A DNA stretch of 64,000 nt, from positions 278 through 64,277 of the forward strand of contig JBFFIY010000002.1 in NCBI GenBank assembly GCA_041556195.1, given 5' to 3'. Below are positions 7,470-18,024 of this stretch, piece by piece. This DNA is from Enterobacterales bacterium (GTDB lineage Bacteria; Pseudomonadota; Gammaproteobacteria; Enterobacterales; GCA-002770795). How positions within the stretch are numbered: position 1 is the first letter of the stretch; every line of letters starts with the position of its first letter. A model generated the notes under the pieces. The model saw only the letters and a list, made by a program, of their open reading frames with translations. It was not told the origin of the DNA and did not search any database. Made by a program: the position numbers and the translations under genes.

Positions 7470-10244
7470 ATGCCATCATCTTCTGCTTCATCTAGCACTA
7501 AGCCACCCGTTATTTTAGTGGATGCTTCTTCTTATCTTTTTCGCGCATTTCATGCCCTACCACCTCTAATAAACTCCAAAGGACAGGCTACTGGCGCCAT
7601 CTATGGTGTCATTAATATGATGAAAAAGTTGCTAGATCAGTATCAACCCACCTATTTAGCCATGATTTTTGATGCCAAAGGCAAAACATTCAGAAGTGAA
7701 ATTTATCCAGAATATAAGGCTCACCGTCCACCCATGCCTGACGAGCTACGTTCACAGATTGAACCTTTGCATAACATGATCAAAAGTATGGGTGTTCCCC
7801 TCATTGCCGAAATGGGCGTAGAAGCCGATGATGTTATTGGTACATTAGCCACCTCTCTTGGAGAAAAGGGGTATGAAGTACTTATTTCTACAGGTGATAA
7901 AGATCTGACACAGCTGGTAACCAAACACATCACATTGATCAATACCATGAATCAACAATTCATGACACCTGAAAGTGTCGAAGAAAAATTTGGGGTTCGG
8001 CCGGATCAAATCATCGATTATCTGGCTCTGGTTGGCGATACCTCGGATAACGTGCCTGGTGTGCCTAAGGTAGGCCCTAAGACCGCCTCAAGGTGGTTAC
8101 AACAATACCAGACTCTGGATAATCTGCTGCAAAATGCTGAGCAAATAAAAGGGAAAGTTGGGGAGAATCTACGCAATAACCTTGAGCAACTAGCCATTTC
8201 AAAAGATTTGGTAACCATTCGCCACCAACTTGACCTTCCAGAAACTTTAGATGATCTCAAATTAGGATCAGCACAAACCGAACAACTTATTGATTACTGC
8301 AAAATTCTTGAGTTTAAAAGCTGGTTAAAAGAACTATCCTCTTCGTCCTCTATTGCTGGAACAAACAACACTAACAGCAATAGTCAAACAACCCACACAA
8401 CAGACGAGAAATTCTCGAACCACCCTGAAATCGATAGAAGCCAATATGAGATTGTTTTGGATGAAAACAGTTTTAATCAATGGTTAGAATGTATTAGATC
8501 TGCAAAGATCTCCGCGTTTGATACCGAAACCACCGATTTAGATGCCATGAAAGCCCGGCTCGTTGGTTTATCTCTTTGCGTTGAAGCAGGCAAGGCTTGT
8601 TATATTCCGTTAGCTCATCAGTACCTGGATGCCCCTGAACAGCTCGATAAACAATGGGTATTACAACAACTCAAACCCTGGTTAGAAAGTTCAGAGCATC
8701 GTAAAGTCGGCCAAAATCTTAAATATGATATGAAGGTTTTAGCTAATGAAGGGATCAGCCTGAATGGGATCTATGAAGATACCATGCTTGAATCCTATGT
8801 AGTGAACAGCATCATTGGACGTCATGATATGAATAGCCTGGCGTTAAGACATCTTAATCATGTTTGTATTTCATTTGAAGATGTTGCTGGCAAAGGCAAA
8901 AAACAGCTGAGATTTGATGAAATTGCTTTGGAACAGGCGGGCCCATACGCTGCCGAAGATGCTGACATCACCCTGCGCTTACATCATGTTCTTCAACCTC
9001 TGGTAGAAGAACATGCAAGCATCCAAAAGCTTTATCGAACCATAGAAATGCCTCTTGTTCCTCTATTAGCACAAATTGAGCGTAATGGCGTTTTGATTGA
9101 TGCCAATGCCCTGGGTCTACAAAGCCAGCAAATAGGTAAAAGACTTACCGAATTAGAGCGAGAAGCTTATGAAATTGCAGGCAAAGAATTTAATTTAGGT
9201 TCCCCCAAACAACTTCAACAAATTTTATTTGAAGAACTGGGGATCCCCGTTATTAAAAAAACCCCCAAGGGTCAGCCATCTACCGCCGAAGAAGTATTAC
9301 ATGAATTAGCATTGGATTACCCTTTGCCAAAGCTCCTCCTGGAATATCGCAGCTTAAGTAAATTAAAATCGACCTATACCGATAAACTGCCTCTTCAAAT
9401 CAACCCTGCTACAGGAAGAGTGCACACGTCTTACCATCAGGCAATAACAGCAACAGGACGACTCTCCTCCTCTGATCCTAATTTACAAAATATTCCCATT
9501 CGTACCGAAGAAGGCCGCCGTATTCGCCATGCCTTTATTGCCCCTCAGGGCTATAAGCTAATTGCAGCTGATTACTCACAGGTTGAGCTAAGAATTATGG
9601 CACACCTGTCACAAGATGAGGGCTTACTCACAGCTTTTTCAAAAGGCGAAGATGTACACACAGCCACGGCTGCTGAAGTTTTTGATATACCGCCCGAAGA
9701 GGTATCCACCGAACAAAGGAGACATGCTAAAGCGATTAACTTCGGTCTGATTTATGGCATGTCGGCATTTGGACTTGCCAAGCAATTAGGCATTCAAAGA
9801 GATGAAGCACAACATTATATCCATCGCTATTTTGCCCGCTATCCCGGTGTAGAGGCTTATATGGAGAATATTAAAATCCAGGCCAGAGAACAGGGTTTTG
9901 TTGAAACACTCATGGGTAGACGGCTTTATTTACCACAAATTAATGCCCGAAATGGCCTACATCGCCAGGCCGCCGAACGAACAGCTATCAATGCTCCAAT
10001 GCAAGGAACAGCAGCGGATATTATCAAACTGGCCATGCTCAATATTGATAATTGGATAAAACAGGAAAAATTACCTTTAAAAGTAATTATGCAGGTACAC
10101 GATGAACTGGTTTTTGAAGTGCCAGAATCACAGGCAAATGAGCTGGCCGAGCAGATCAAGACTAAAATGTCACAAGCGGTTGAGCTTTCCGTGCCATTAA
10201 TTGTTGAAGCTGGCATTGGCGACAACTGGCAGGAAGCGCATTAA
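7470..10244 (+). CDS. polA: DNA polymerase I
   Basis: 5'-3' exonuclease N-terminus (VILVDASSYLFRAFHA), 3'-5' exonuclease (FDTETT), polymerase motifs (DYSQVELR, RRHAKAINFGLIYG, QVHDELVFE). The ORF opens at 7371; ATG 7470 (MPSSSASS..) fits the conserved N-terminus better. Confidence 0.95.
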   Translation: MPSSSASSSTKPPVILVDASSYLFRAFHALPPLINSKGQATGAIYGVINMMKKLLDQYQPTYLAMIFDAKGKTFRSEIYPEYKAHRPPMPDELRSQIEPLHNMIKSMGVPLIAEMGVEADDVIGTLATSLGEKGYEVLISTGDKDLTQLVTKHITLINTMNQQFMTPESVEEKFGVRPDQIIDYLALVGDTSDNVPGVPKVGPKTASRWLQQYQTLDNLLQNAEQIKGKVGENLRNNLEQLAISKDLVTIRHQLDLPETLDDLKLGSAQTEQLIDYCKILEFKSWLKELSSSSSIAGTNNTNSNSQTTHTTDEKFSNHPEIDRSQYEIVLDENSFNQWLECIRSAKISAFDTETTDLDAMKARLVGLSLCVEAGKACYIPLAHQYLDAPEQLDKQWVLQQLKPWLESSEHRKVGQNLKYDMKVLANEGISLNGIYEDTMLESYVVNSIIGRHDMNSLALRHLNHVCISFEDVAGKGKKQLRFDEIALEQAGPYAAEDADITLRLHHVLQPLVEEHASIQKLYRTIEMPLVPLLAQIERNGVLIDANALGLQSQQIGKRLTELEREAYEIAGKEFNLGSPKQLQQILFEELGIPVIKKTPKGQPSTAEEVLHELALDYPLPKLLLEYRSLSKLKSTYTDKLPLQINPATGRVHTSYHQAITATGRLSSSDPNLQNIPIRTEEGRRIRHAFIAPQGYKLIAADYSQVELRIMAHLSQDEGLLTAFSKGEDVHTATAAEVFDIPPEEVSTEQRRHAKAINFGLIYGMSAFGLAKQLGIQRDEAQHYIHRYFARYPGVEAYMENIKIQAREQGFVETLMGRRLYLPQINARNGLHRQAAERTAINAPMQGTAADIIKLAMLNIDNWIKQEKLPLKVIMQVHDELVFEVPESQANELAEQIKTKMSQAVELSVPLIVEAGIGDNWQEAH

Positions 10245-10368
10245 ACAAAACCGTAACTCATTGATTATAAAAAAAACATAGCACTCGAAACAATTTGTTA
10301 CATTTGTTTGTTATTTATTTGTAATTTAAGCCGTAACTTTTCCTGATTACTGCTGTCTATAATTCCGT

Positions 10369-10485
10369 AAGCACTACATTAGTGCTTCCCGCAATCCCCT
10401 CCTAAATTTGCGGGACATCGGTTCGGCTTCCCCAGGCTTAACCGATACTATGCCCCGACAGCCCCCCAGCATCGGGGCTTTTTTT
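10369..10485 (+). ncRNA. candidate small RNA (about 117 nt) with its own -10 box and intrinsic terminator
   Basis: TATAAT at 10358-10363. Three stem-loops: 10369-10387 AAGCACTA/TAGTGCTT, 10388-10414 CCCGCAA/TTGCGGG, 10417-10446 ATCGGTT/AACCGAT. Terminator at 10452-10485 (GCCCCGA..TCGGGGC followed by T7). Loops are C-rich. No convincing ORF. The -35 box is weak. Confidence 0.5.
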
Positions 10486-10500
10486 ATGGCTGATTATTTT

Positions 10501-11256
10501 TTAACCCCTCTGCCGAACAACCTCAAACAGAGCAACACCAGTCGCCACAGAAACATTCAAACTACTAACCTGCCCTGCCATAGGAATAAATATCAATTCA
10601 TCACAATGCTCCTGAGTTAGCCGGCGTATGCCCTTGCCTTCTGCGCCCATTACCATGGCCATGGGACCGGTTAATCTGGTTTGATACAAAGATTGAGTGG
10701 CATCTCCAGACATGCCAATGATCCACACCCCCGCTTGTTGCAACGAGCGAAGTGTCCTCGACAGGTTGGTGACTTGAACTAATGGAATGGTCTCCGCAGC
10801 GCCACAGGCAACTTTACTGACAACAGCGGTCATACCTACTGCTTTATCTTTGGGAACTATCACAGCCATAACACCCGTTGCATCACAGGTTCTCAGGCAG
10901 GCACCTAAATTATGGGGATCCGTGACCCCATCCAGCACCAGTAATAAGGGCGCATGTCCGGCATTCTCAACTGCAATCATCAATTGATTTTCTGACCAGC
11001 TTTTACCGCCAGAAACCGCTTCACCACACTGAGCAATGATACCCTGATGACTGCCTCCTTGAGCCAATTCATTCAGTTTTTCTTTTTTACCATATTCTCT
11101 ATCAATGCCTTTAGAATCATCTATGACCTGTTGTAATCGATGATCATGGCGGCCTTTGAGTACTATCAATTTTTGAATGCGTTCAGGATGGTTTTTAACC
11201 AGGGAATGAACCGCATGAAGCCCATAAACCAATGATGGGATATTTTTTTCAGTCAC
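10501..11256 (-). CDS. rlmB: 23S rRNA (guanosine-2'-O)-methyltransferase, SpoU/TrmH family
   Basis: 251 aa. SpoU motifs ([38 protein letters not shown]). Immediately downstream of rnr, as in the enterobacterial rnr-rlmB operon. Confidence 0.9.
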   Translation of the reverse strand: MTEKNIPSLVYGLHAVHSLVKNHPERIQKLIVLKGRHDHRLQQVIDDSKGIDREYGKKEKLNELAQGGSHQGIIAQCGEAVSGGKSWSENQLMIAVENAGHAPLLLVLDGVTDPHNLGACLRTCDATGVMAVIVPKDKAVGMTAVVSKVACGAAETIPLVQVTNLSRTLRSLQQAGVWIIGMSGDATQSLYQTRLTGPMAMVMGAEGKGIRRLTQEHCDELIFIPMAGQVSSLNVSVATGVALFEVVRQRG

Positions 11257-11277
11257 AATTTAAGTTTCCAAATGAGT

Positions 11278-13716
11278 TTATTTTTTAGCCCTGGCATTTT
11301 TTTTACCGGTTAGTTTTTTTGACAGAGTCTTTTTAGTTCGAGTTTTCTTACGCACAACATTATCTTTTTTTCCTGAACCTTTTTTAGCTGAAGGCTTTTT
11401 TGCTGCTTTTATTTTGCCCGATTCTTTTCGGCTTGAATCAGTTTTATTGCTTGGGCGGCCTTTAGATTTATTGGCCTTTTCAGGACGTCGTAAACTGTTA
11501 TCCAGCGACACTAAATCAAAGTCAATTTTACGATCTTCCAAACTTACTTTCGCCACCTTAATAGTCATTTCATCGCCAACACCAAAACTTTGACCCGTTC
11601 TTTCACCTACCAGTGTCTGAGTAGTTGGCTCAAATCTATAATAATCTCGGCTTAATGCACTTATGTGAAGTAATCCTTCTACATAGACTTCATCCAGTCT
11701 GACAAATAATCCAAAACCCGTTACTGTGACCACTTTTCCGGTAAATTTCTGCCCCAGTTTATCTTGCATAAATTCACATTTAAGCCAATCCGACACATCT
11801 CTGGTTGCTTCATCAGCCCGACGCTCTGTTATTGAACATTGATCGGCCAATCGGCTTAATGCAGCTTCTTCATACTCATGCCCTGATGCAACACCTTTAT
11901 CTTTACTACCATTCTTTTTCAATCTGGCTTTTATCAGACGATGCAACATCAAATCAGGGTAACGCCGAATGGGACTGGTAAAATGACTATAACCTGCCAA
12001 AGCAAGTCCAAAATGGCCGTCGTTATTCACCGCATAAATGGCCTGAGACAGACTACGTAACATCATGATCTGAATTTGTTCGACATCAGTTCGATCTTTA
12101 ATTGATTCGAGCAAATAAGAAAAATCCGCAGGAGAGGGATCATCACCACCCGTCAGCGTTAGCCCATGCTGACCTAAATAACCTCGAAGGGTTTCCAGTT
12201 TTTTCTGAGTTGGGCCGCTATGACTTCGATAGATCCCGGTAGGGTTTGTTTTTAGCAAAAATCTGGCAGAAGCGACATTAGCCATAATCATACATTCTTC
12301 AATTAATTTATGAGCATGGTTGCGCTGCGTGGGAACAATCCGTTCTATTTTTCTTTGTTGATTAAAAAGAAACTGTGTTTCGGTAGTTTCAAATTCAATA
12401 CAGCCTCTTTGACTTCTGGCTTTTGCCAACACTTTATACAGTGCATAAATTTCATTTAATGGCCCAGCTAATTTTTGATTACCCTCTCCCAGAACCTGTT
12501 CAATCGTTTGTTCGCCCGACTCTTGGTTAGACAGGTATTGCCAGACCTGATCATAAATTAAACGAGCATGAGAACGGATCACTGCGGGATAAAATTGATA
12601 ACCGGATAACTTGCCTTTGGCACTAATGGTCATTTCACAAACCATAGCCAATCGTGGAACATCTGGATTTAGCGAACATAAGCCGTTGGATAAAACTTCT
12701 GGCAACATCGGGATCACTTCACCAGGAAAGTAAATCGAATTACCCCGATTCTGTGCCTCAAGATCCAAAGCGGAGTCAGGTTTTACATAATGACTCACAT
12801 CGGCAATTGCCACCCATAAACGCCAACCACCACTGACTTTGGCTTCACAATACACAGCATCGTCAAAATCACGCGCATCAGCACCATCAATAGTCACTAA
12901 AGGCAGGTGAGATAAATCTATTCTACCCTTAATATCTTTTGTGCTAACCACTGTTTTAAAAGCCGCTACTTCTTTGGTAACCTGCTCTGGCCAGGCAAAG
13001 GGTAGATCAAATGCACGCAGTGCTATGGCGATTTCCATACCGGGTGCCATTGGTTGTCCCAGCACCTCAACCAAATGCCCCATAGCGGGCTCATGACGAC
13101 CCGGTCTCCGGGTTAGTTCCATCAAAACCAATTCACCTTTTTTAGCTTTTAAGGTGGAGGCTTCATCTATCTGAATATCAAAACTGATACGTTTATCTTC
13201 TGGTACCACATATCTTAATCCATCCTTATGATGATATTGGCCTACGATGGTTTTTGTGCCTTCTTCAACAATTCGCGCAACCGCTGCTTCAATCCGCCCC
13301 TTACGATTAATACCTTTAACCGTCACCAGAACCGTATCGTTGGGTAACAGAAAACGCATTTCTCTGGGTGTTAAAAACCAGTCTTCGCCCCCCTTATCAA
13401 GCTTAACAAAACCAAAACCATCGGGATGGCCAATAACCTTACCTCGTTGCACATTCATATGCTCAATCAGACCATAACGAGCACGGCGATCCCGGATGAT
13501 CTGACCTTGACGTTCCATCGCCCGTAAACGAAAACCCAATTTTTGAATGGCTTCTTCATCTGTAATTGCAAAACATTGGCAAAGCTCATCCAACTCAGCA
13601 GGTTTTGCTAACTGCTCCAACACTTGCAAGATATAGTTCCTGCTGGCAGTAGGCGAATCATACTTTTCCAGTTCTTGTTGGCGTTCTGGATCTTGTTCTA
13701 GGGGAAATTGACTCAT
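11278..13716 (-). CDS. rnr: ribonuclease R
   Basis: 812 aa. N-terminal cold-shock-like region (GHPDGFGFV), RNB catalytic domain (DGADARDFDDAV), S1 domain (GKVVTVTGFGLFVRL), Lys-rich C-terminal tail. Confidence 0.95.
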   Translation of the reverse strand: MSQFPLEQDPERQQELEKYDSPTASRNYILQVLEQLAKPAELDELCQCFAITDEEAIQKLGFRLRAMERQGQIIRDRRARYGLIEHMNVQRGKVIGHPDGFGFVKLDKGGEDWFLTPREMRFLLPNDTVLVTVKGINRKGRIEAAVARIVEEGTKTIVGQYHHKDGLRYVVPEDKRISFDIQIDEASTLKAKKGELVLMELTRRPGRHEPAMGHLVEVLGQPMAPGMEIAIALRAFDLPFAWPEQVTKEVAAFKTVVSTKDIKGRIDLSHLPLVTIDGADARDFDDAVYCEAKVSGGWRLWVAIADVSHYVKPDSALDLEAQNRGNSIYFPGEVIPMLPEVLSNGLCSLNPDVPRLAMVCEMTISAKGKLSGYQFYPAVIRSHARLIYDQVWQYLSNQESGEQTIEQVLGEGNQKLAGPLNEIYALYKVLAKARSQRGCIEFETTETQFLFNQQRKIERIVPTQRNHAHKLIEECMIMANVASARFLLKTNPTGIYRSHSGPTQKKLETLRGYLGQHGLTLTGGDDPSPADFSYLLESIKDRTDVEQIQIMMLRSLSQAIYAVNNDGHFGLALAGYSHFTSPIRRYPDLMLHRLIKARLKKNGSKDKGVASGHEYEEAALSRLADQCSITERRADEATRDVSDWLKCEFMQDKLGQKFTGKVVTVTGFGLFVRLDEVYVEGLLHISALSRDYYRFEPTTQTLVGERTGQSFGVGDEMTIKVAKVSLEDRKIDFDLVSLDNSLRRPEKANKSKGRPSNKTDSSRKESGKIKAAKKPSAKKGSGKKDNVVRKKTRTKKTLSKKLTGKKNARAKK

Positions 13717-13843
13717 AAGAACTCAAGGTTGTGAAAGAATACAAGATCATCATAGCTGATAATCCTGAAAAAATCAGTTGGGCACGAAGCTGATCGTATA
13801 TTATCTGTAGCTATTCACGAGTTGCCAAATGCACCCGTAACTA

Positions 13844-14485
13844 TTATCTCTTCAATAATACCTGCAGATCCCAACCTATTTGTTGTGCCGGGTATGCCGT
13901 GGCCGGAGGCATAATTTGACCATCAAAAATACCCGCCCTCATACCCTTGGGATTAATCACAAAAACCTTGCTGGTATGATCAATTAGATATTGCCCATGC
14001 TCATCGGTTTTATTTTGATAATAAATTGCGCCTAATGCCTTTGCAAAGCCTTGTAGTTGATCATGTGAACCCGTAGCTGCTTTGAAATTTTTATTAAAAT
14101 ATTTCACATATTGTTGCAAATGATCCGGCGTGTCTCTTTCAGGATCAACACTAACAAGAACGACCTGTAGATTATTTTTAAGTTCAGGTTTAATAAAACC
14201 AACCACCTTTGCCAAATTTGCCATGGTCGTTGGACACACATCCGGACAATGAGTGTAACCAAAAAATAGCACCGTCCATTTCCCATTAATTGACCCATTG
14301 TTAAACGAACCTCCTCCACCTAAGTTTAGAGAGAAATCTGAAAGTGTTTTTTCCGATGGATACAACTTAATGATTTTTGGGTTTTGTGACTGATTGTTTT
14401 CATTAATTACTTTCAGCATAAATCCAACGGCAACCATAATAGGCATAATAGCCACCAACAAAGCCGTTCGAGTATTTTTTTTCAT
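13844..14485 (-). CDS. SCO1/SenC family copper chaperone
   Basis: 213 aa, N-terminal TM. CPDVCP (CxxxC) motif and a downstream His (LIDHT). Last gene of the cox cluster. Confidence 0.85.
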   Translation of the reverse strand: MKKNTRTALLVAIMPIMVAVGFMLKVINENNQSQNPKIIKLYPSEKTLSDFSLNLGGGGSFNNGSINGKWTVLFFGYTHCPDVCPTTMANLAKVVGFIKPELKNNLQVVLVSVDPERDTPDHLQQYVKYFNKNFKAATGSHDQLQGFAKALGAIYYQNKTDEHGQYLIDHTSKVFVINPKGMRAGIFDGQIMPPATAYPAQQIGWDLQVLLKR

Positions 14486-14514
14486 GTATTAAGTCGCCTT
14501 TATCTGTTCAAAAG

Positions 14515-15429
14515 TTAGAGTGCAATTGGACTGAAGAATAAATAATGATCAGTTAGCAGAACTACAAATAATGCCATCAAATAAGCGATGGAATATCCGA
14601 ATGTTTTCATCGCGGAATTTGCTTGTGGATTAAACTTTAGCTCCCATGCATGATATAAAAATCCAAGTCCCAGAAACAAAGCTCCGACTAAATAGATGAC
14701 ACCACTCATACCAGTAAGATAGGGCAACATCGTTGTCAATATCAATAAAACGGTATAAAGCAAAGTCGCTGTTTTAGTGAACTCAATTCCATGCGTCACA
14801 GGTAACATGGGAATATTTGCTTTAGCATAATCATCGCGTCGATGGATGGCTAATGCCCAGAAATGGGGAGGAGTCCATGTATAAATAATCAACACCAATA
14901 GCAACCCAGAGGGATCGATGGAATTTGTCATGGCAGTCCAGCCAAGTAGTGGTGGAATGGCACCCGAGACACCACCAATAACAATGTTTTGTGGCGTAGC
15001 TCTTTTTAGATACATGGTATACACAAAAGCATAACCGACCAGACCAGCAAAAGTTAAAATTGCCGTCAACCAATTAATAAAGAACCCTAAAATCAACATT
15101 GAAAACACAGATAACGTAAACGCAAATATTATGGCCTTTCTGGGGGGTATTTTTCCCGTAGGAATTGGTCTGGAATCTGTTCTTGCCATGATGGCATCAA
15201 TTCTTGCATCTACTACATGATTAACTACTGCGGCACCACTTGCCGCAAAACCAATACCCAGATTTGCCAGTATTAATATATCCAAAGGAACCCATGGATT
15301 AATGGCAGGATCCGTAGACAAATACATACCTATCACAGAGGTTAACAGTAACATTGCGACCACTTTTGGCTTGGTCATCTCATAGTAGTCACGCCAGCCT
15401 AATGATTGTTGGTTCTGTTGCGGATCCAT
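14515..15429 (-). CDS. cyoE: protoheme IX farnesyltransferase (heme O synthase)
   Basis: 304 aa, polytopic UbiA-family prenyltransferase. Adjacent to the heme A synthase gene. Confidence 0.9.
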   Translation of the reverse strand: MDPQQNQQSLGWRDYYEMTKPKVVAMLLLTSVIGMYLSTDPAINPWVPLDILILANLGIGFAASGAAVVNHVVDARIDAIMARTDSRPIPTGKIPPRKAIIFAFTLSVFSMLILGFFINWLTAILTFAGLVGYAFVYTMYLKRATPQNIVIGGVSGAIPPLLGWTAMTNSIDPSGLLLVLIIYTWTPPHFWALAIHRRDDYAKANIPMLPVTHGIEFTKTATLLYTVLLILTTMLPYLTGMSGVIYLVGALFLGLGFLYHAWELKFNPQANSAMKTFGYSIAYLMALFVVLLTDHYLFFSPIAL

Positions 15430-15431
15430 AA

Positions 15432-16487
15432 TTAACTCTTATCCTGATCTTGCGAGCTGCTATTGAGCCTGAGCGTTACATTGATCATCACCAATAGAGC
15501 CAGCAACAAAGCACCACCGCCATTATGAGCCACAGCAATGGCTAGCGGTAAGTGGAAAAAGACGTTTGACACACCTAAGGCAAATTGCAGTAATACCAAT
15601 ACCAACAATATTTTACCCAGGGATTTAATCATGGGAGATCCACTGGTGATTAACTTCCAACTGGCCCAAAACACTGCCATCATTGTAAACAATGCCCATA
15701 ATCGATGGGTGATATGTATGGTGCTTCGAGCTTCCAGGGATTTTACGCCGAACTCATAATTGTCAGCCCCATGTCCCCATAATTTAAAAGCTTCAACAGG
15801 ACGAAGATTTTGCCACCAATCACCTTGGCATATGGGTAAATCAACACAAACCTGCGCTGCATAGTTGGCACTTGTCCATGCACCAAGTGCTATTTGAAGC
15901 ACCACAAAAATCAATGCGATAGCTGCAGAACGGCGGTTATTTGCAGAATCATTGGCTGAAATATTAAATGAACGAACCTTATTTTGGTTAATTAAAGCCC
16001 AAGTACTTAACAGAGAAAATGTTGTCATGCCGCCTAATAAGTGACTCATAACAACAGCAGGATTAAGTTTCATGGTAACAGTCCACATACCTAGCATGCC
16101 TTGAAAAATCACCAAAACAACTAAAAATAATGGAAGTTTTATCCCGGAAAAGCCTGTAGATTCAGACAATTGAGGTTGCCTGGATTTTTTTTGCCTCCAA
16201 GCCAGAAAAGCAATTATTAATATAGTTAAACCCAGAGAACTGGCAAAATAGCGATGAATCATCTCAGCCCAGGCTTTTTCAGCTTCAACCGGCCTTTCCG
16301 GGAATGCCTGTTCAGCCTGTTCAATATGCTCAACCTCACTAGGTACGGTTAAAGAGCCATAACAACCCGGCCAATCAGGACAACCAAGTCCAGCATCTTT
16401 TAAACGTGTATAAGCACCCAGTAGAACGACCACCAAAGCCAATGTAGTAGCAAATAACGCCAAATTTCTATTGATACGATACATCAT
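15432..16487 (-). CDS. ctaA: heme A synthase (COX15/CtaA)
   Basis: Polytopic, with the CPDWPGCYG motif. The ORF opens at 16589, but ATG 16487 (MMYRINRN..) avoids overlapping the upstream gene, which ends at 16495. Confidence 0.85.
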   Translation of the reverse strand: MMYRINRNLALFATTLALVVVLLGAYTRLKDAGLGCPDWPGCYGSLTVPSEVEHIEQAEQAFPERPVEAEKAWAEMIHRYFASSLGLTILIIAFLAWRQKKSRQPQLSESTGFSGIKLPLFLVVLVIFQGMLGMWTVTMKLNPAVVMSHLLGGMTTFSLLSTWALINQNKVRSFNISANDSANNRRSAAIALIFVVLQIALGAWTSANYAAQVCVDLPICQGDWWQNLRPVEAFKLWGHGADNYEFGVKSLEARSTIHITHRLWALFTMMAVFWASWKLITSGSPMIKSLGKILLVLVLLQFALGVSNVFFHLPLAIAVAHNGGGALLLALLVMINVTLRLNSSSQDQDKS

Positions 16488-16494
16488 GACGCGC

Positions 16495-17112
16495 TTAGCC
16501 CAACCTTGAAAATTTAAGCAATTTTTTAAGATCAAATAATATTTCTTTGCCGCGGAAACTGGCTTCCCGATCCGTATTAACCGCCTCATAACGCAACATA
16601 ATGTTACCCAATGGATCCATCAGGTACACATAACCAGGCTTTAATCGTTCAGATCTCTTAATCCAGTTGAATCTGGGGTTAGAAAAATGTTTGGCCACAT
16701 ATAATTTGGACTCTTCGCTAAATCCTTCTCCATAATTCACCATTAATTTCTCAACTCGATCCATTTCTTTAGCGAGAGCCACACGAGTTTGATTAATCAG
16801 ATAGGCATTAACCTGACACTTGTGCTGACAATTTTTATCTTCTGCTACGTATAAGAGCCACCAGTGGTGATTCAGATCTTTCTCTAACAGATCTCTCCCC
16901 TGATATTGTAAACCGGTATCTTCAAGTAAAATTACAGGCTTAAGTAACTCACCCTTATTTACCGTTGAAAGATCCTTAAACCAGCCAAGCCACCATCCAC
17001 TGTAGGCAATGATGATGGGCAAAGCAAACACCAGCAATAATGCCACCATGGTAGATCGATTTTGAGTCGTAGGTTTTTCTGTAGAGGGGGTATTTTGATT
17101 TTCTGCTGTCAT
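16495..17112 (-). CDS. membrane-anchored cox-cluster protein with CxxxC motif (SCO-like?)
   Basis: 205 aa, one N-terminal TM. CQHKC motif in ..YVAEDKNCQHKCQ... Overlaps the SURF1 gene by 4 nt. Confidence 0.5.
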   Translation of the reverse strand: MTAENQNTPSTEKPTTQNRSTMVALLLVFALPIIIAYSGWWLGWFKDLSTVNKGELLKPVILLEDTGLQYQGRDLLEKDLNHHWWLLYVAEDKNCQHKCQVNAYLINQTRVALAKEMDRVEKLMVNYGEGFSEESKLYVAKHFSNPRFNWIKRSERLKPGYVYLMDPLGNIMLRYEAVNTDREASFRGKEILFDLKKLLKFSRLG

Positions 17113-17852
17113 ATTTTTTTAGCACTCTTTAATGCTCGATTTCTTACAAGCTCTCGATTTCTAACTATCAGGGCTAACACCAACAATGCCGTTGCCAGAG
17201 CAAACCATTGAATAGCATAACCAATGTGTCGATCAGGTGTCATGATGGCAATCGCCCACTCTCTTAACAAACCCTGTTCAGACTCTGGAAAAGTTTGTCT
17301 CACCACTAACGGCATCAATTGGATGCCTTTTGTTTGAAAAAATGCTTGAAACTGCGTGAGATTCAAACCCGGTAAAGGTATAGCTTTATTCAATTCAATT
17401 TCAGGCAAATCTACCACCCGATAATCACCGGGCAGATAAACGTAACCCATTACCCTGTTTTGTAAATTTGATGGTTTTGGAGCTGCAAATTGCCTTGGAC
17501 CATTAGTGAAAGGAAGCCAGCCTCTATCAACTAACACTGCCAAATTTTGATCGCTCATAAATAAGCTGAATACATTATACCCCAGACGACCCTGGCGAAT
17601 ACGGTTGTCTAAAAAAAATGTCCACTCATCTTGCCAGTGGCCCTGTACAACTACAGGCATAAACTGTGATCTGGATGGATCAATCAAAGTTTCAAGTGAT
17701 ACCGGTTCCGCCGAACCTTGTTCTGCTCTGACATCGAGCAACTGTTGTTTTTGTCGGGCTCTATCCAGCTGCCAAAACCCTAATGACATCAAACTGGAAA
17801 ATACTGCTATCAATAACAACCCTGTGAGCCATCTATTAATAATTTTCATCAA
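17109..17852 (-). CDS. SURF1 family cytochrome oxidase assembly protein
   Basis: 247 aa. N- and C-terminal TM helices, GFWQLDR near the N-terminus, HIGYAIQWF near the C-terminus. Confidence 0.85.
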   Translation of the reverse strand: MMKIINRWLTGLLLIAVFSSLMSLGFWQLDRARQKQQLLDVRAEQGSAEPVSLETLIDPSRSQFMPVVVQGHWQDEWTFFLDNRIRQGRLGYNVFSLFMSDQNLAVLVDRGWLPFTNGPRQFAAPKPSNLQNRVMGYVYLPGDYRVVDLPEIELNKAIPLPGLNLTQFQAFFQTKGIQLMPLVVRQTFPESEQGLLREWAIAIMTPDRHIGYAIQWFALATALLVLALIVRNRELVRNRALKSAKKI

Positions 17853-18024
17853 TACTCAATTTAGCCTATACTTTCTTGTTGTTACACTTGTTAGCCAATA
17901 CACTCTAATTAGCCAATTTCCTCTAAAATACGGTTTTTTAAACTCATAAATCCAAAACTGGTATACTAACTAACTTGAGTTCAGATTAACAAACTTTAAG
18001 CATTTAACCGGAGCACACACTCCT

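Noticed and set aside
10369-10485. Identity with Spot 42 (spf), given the position next to polA
   Set aside because: The sequence does not resemble the E. coli Spot 42 sequence as I recall it. Only the synteny is similar, so it is kept as an unnamed candidate sRNA.
10408-10620. 70-aa plus-strand ORF spanning the sRNA terminator and the rlmB 3' end
   Set aside because: It crosses a strong terminator and is antisense to rlmB. Implausible as a gene.
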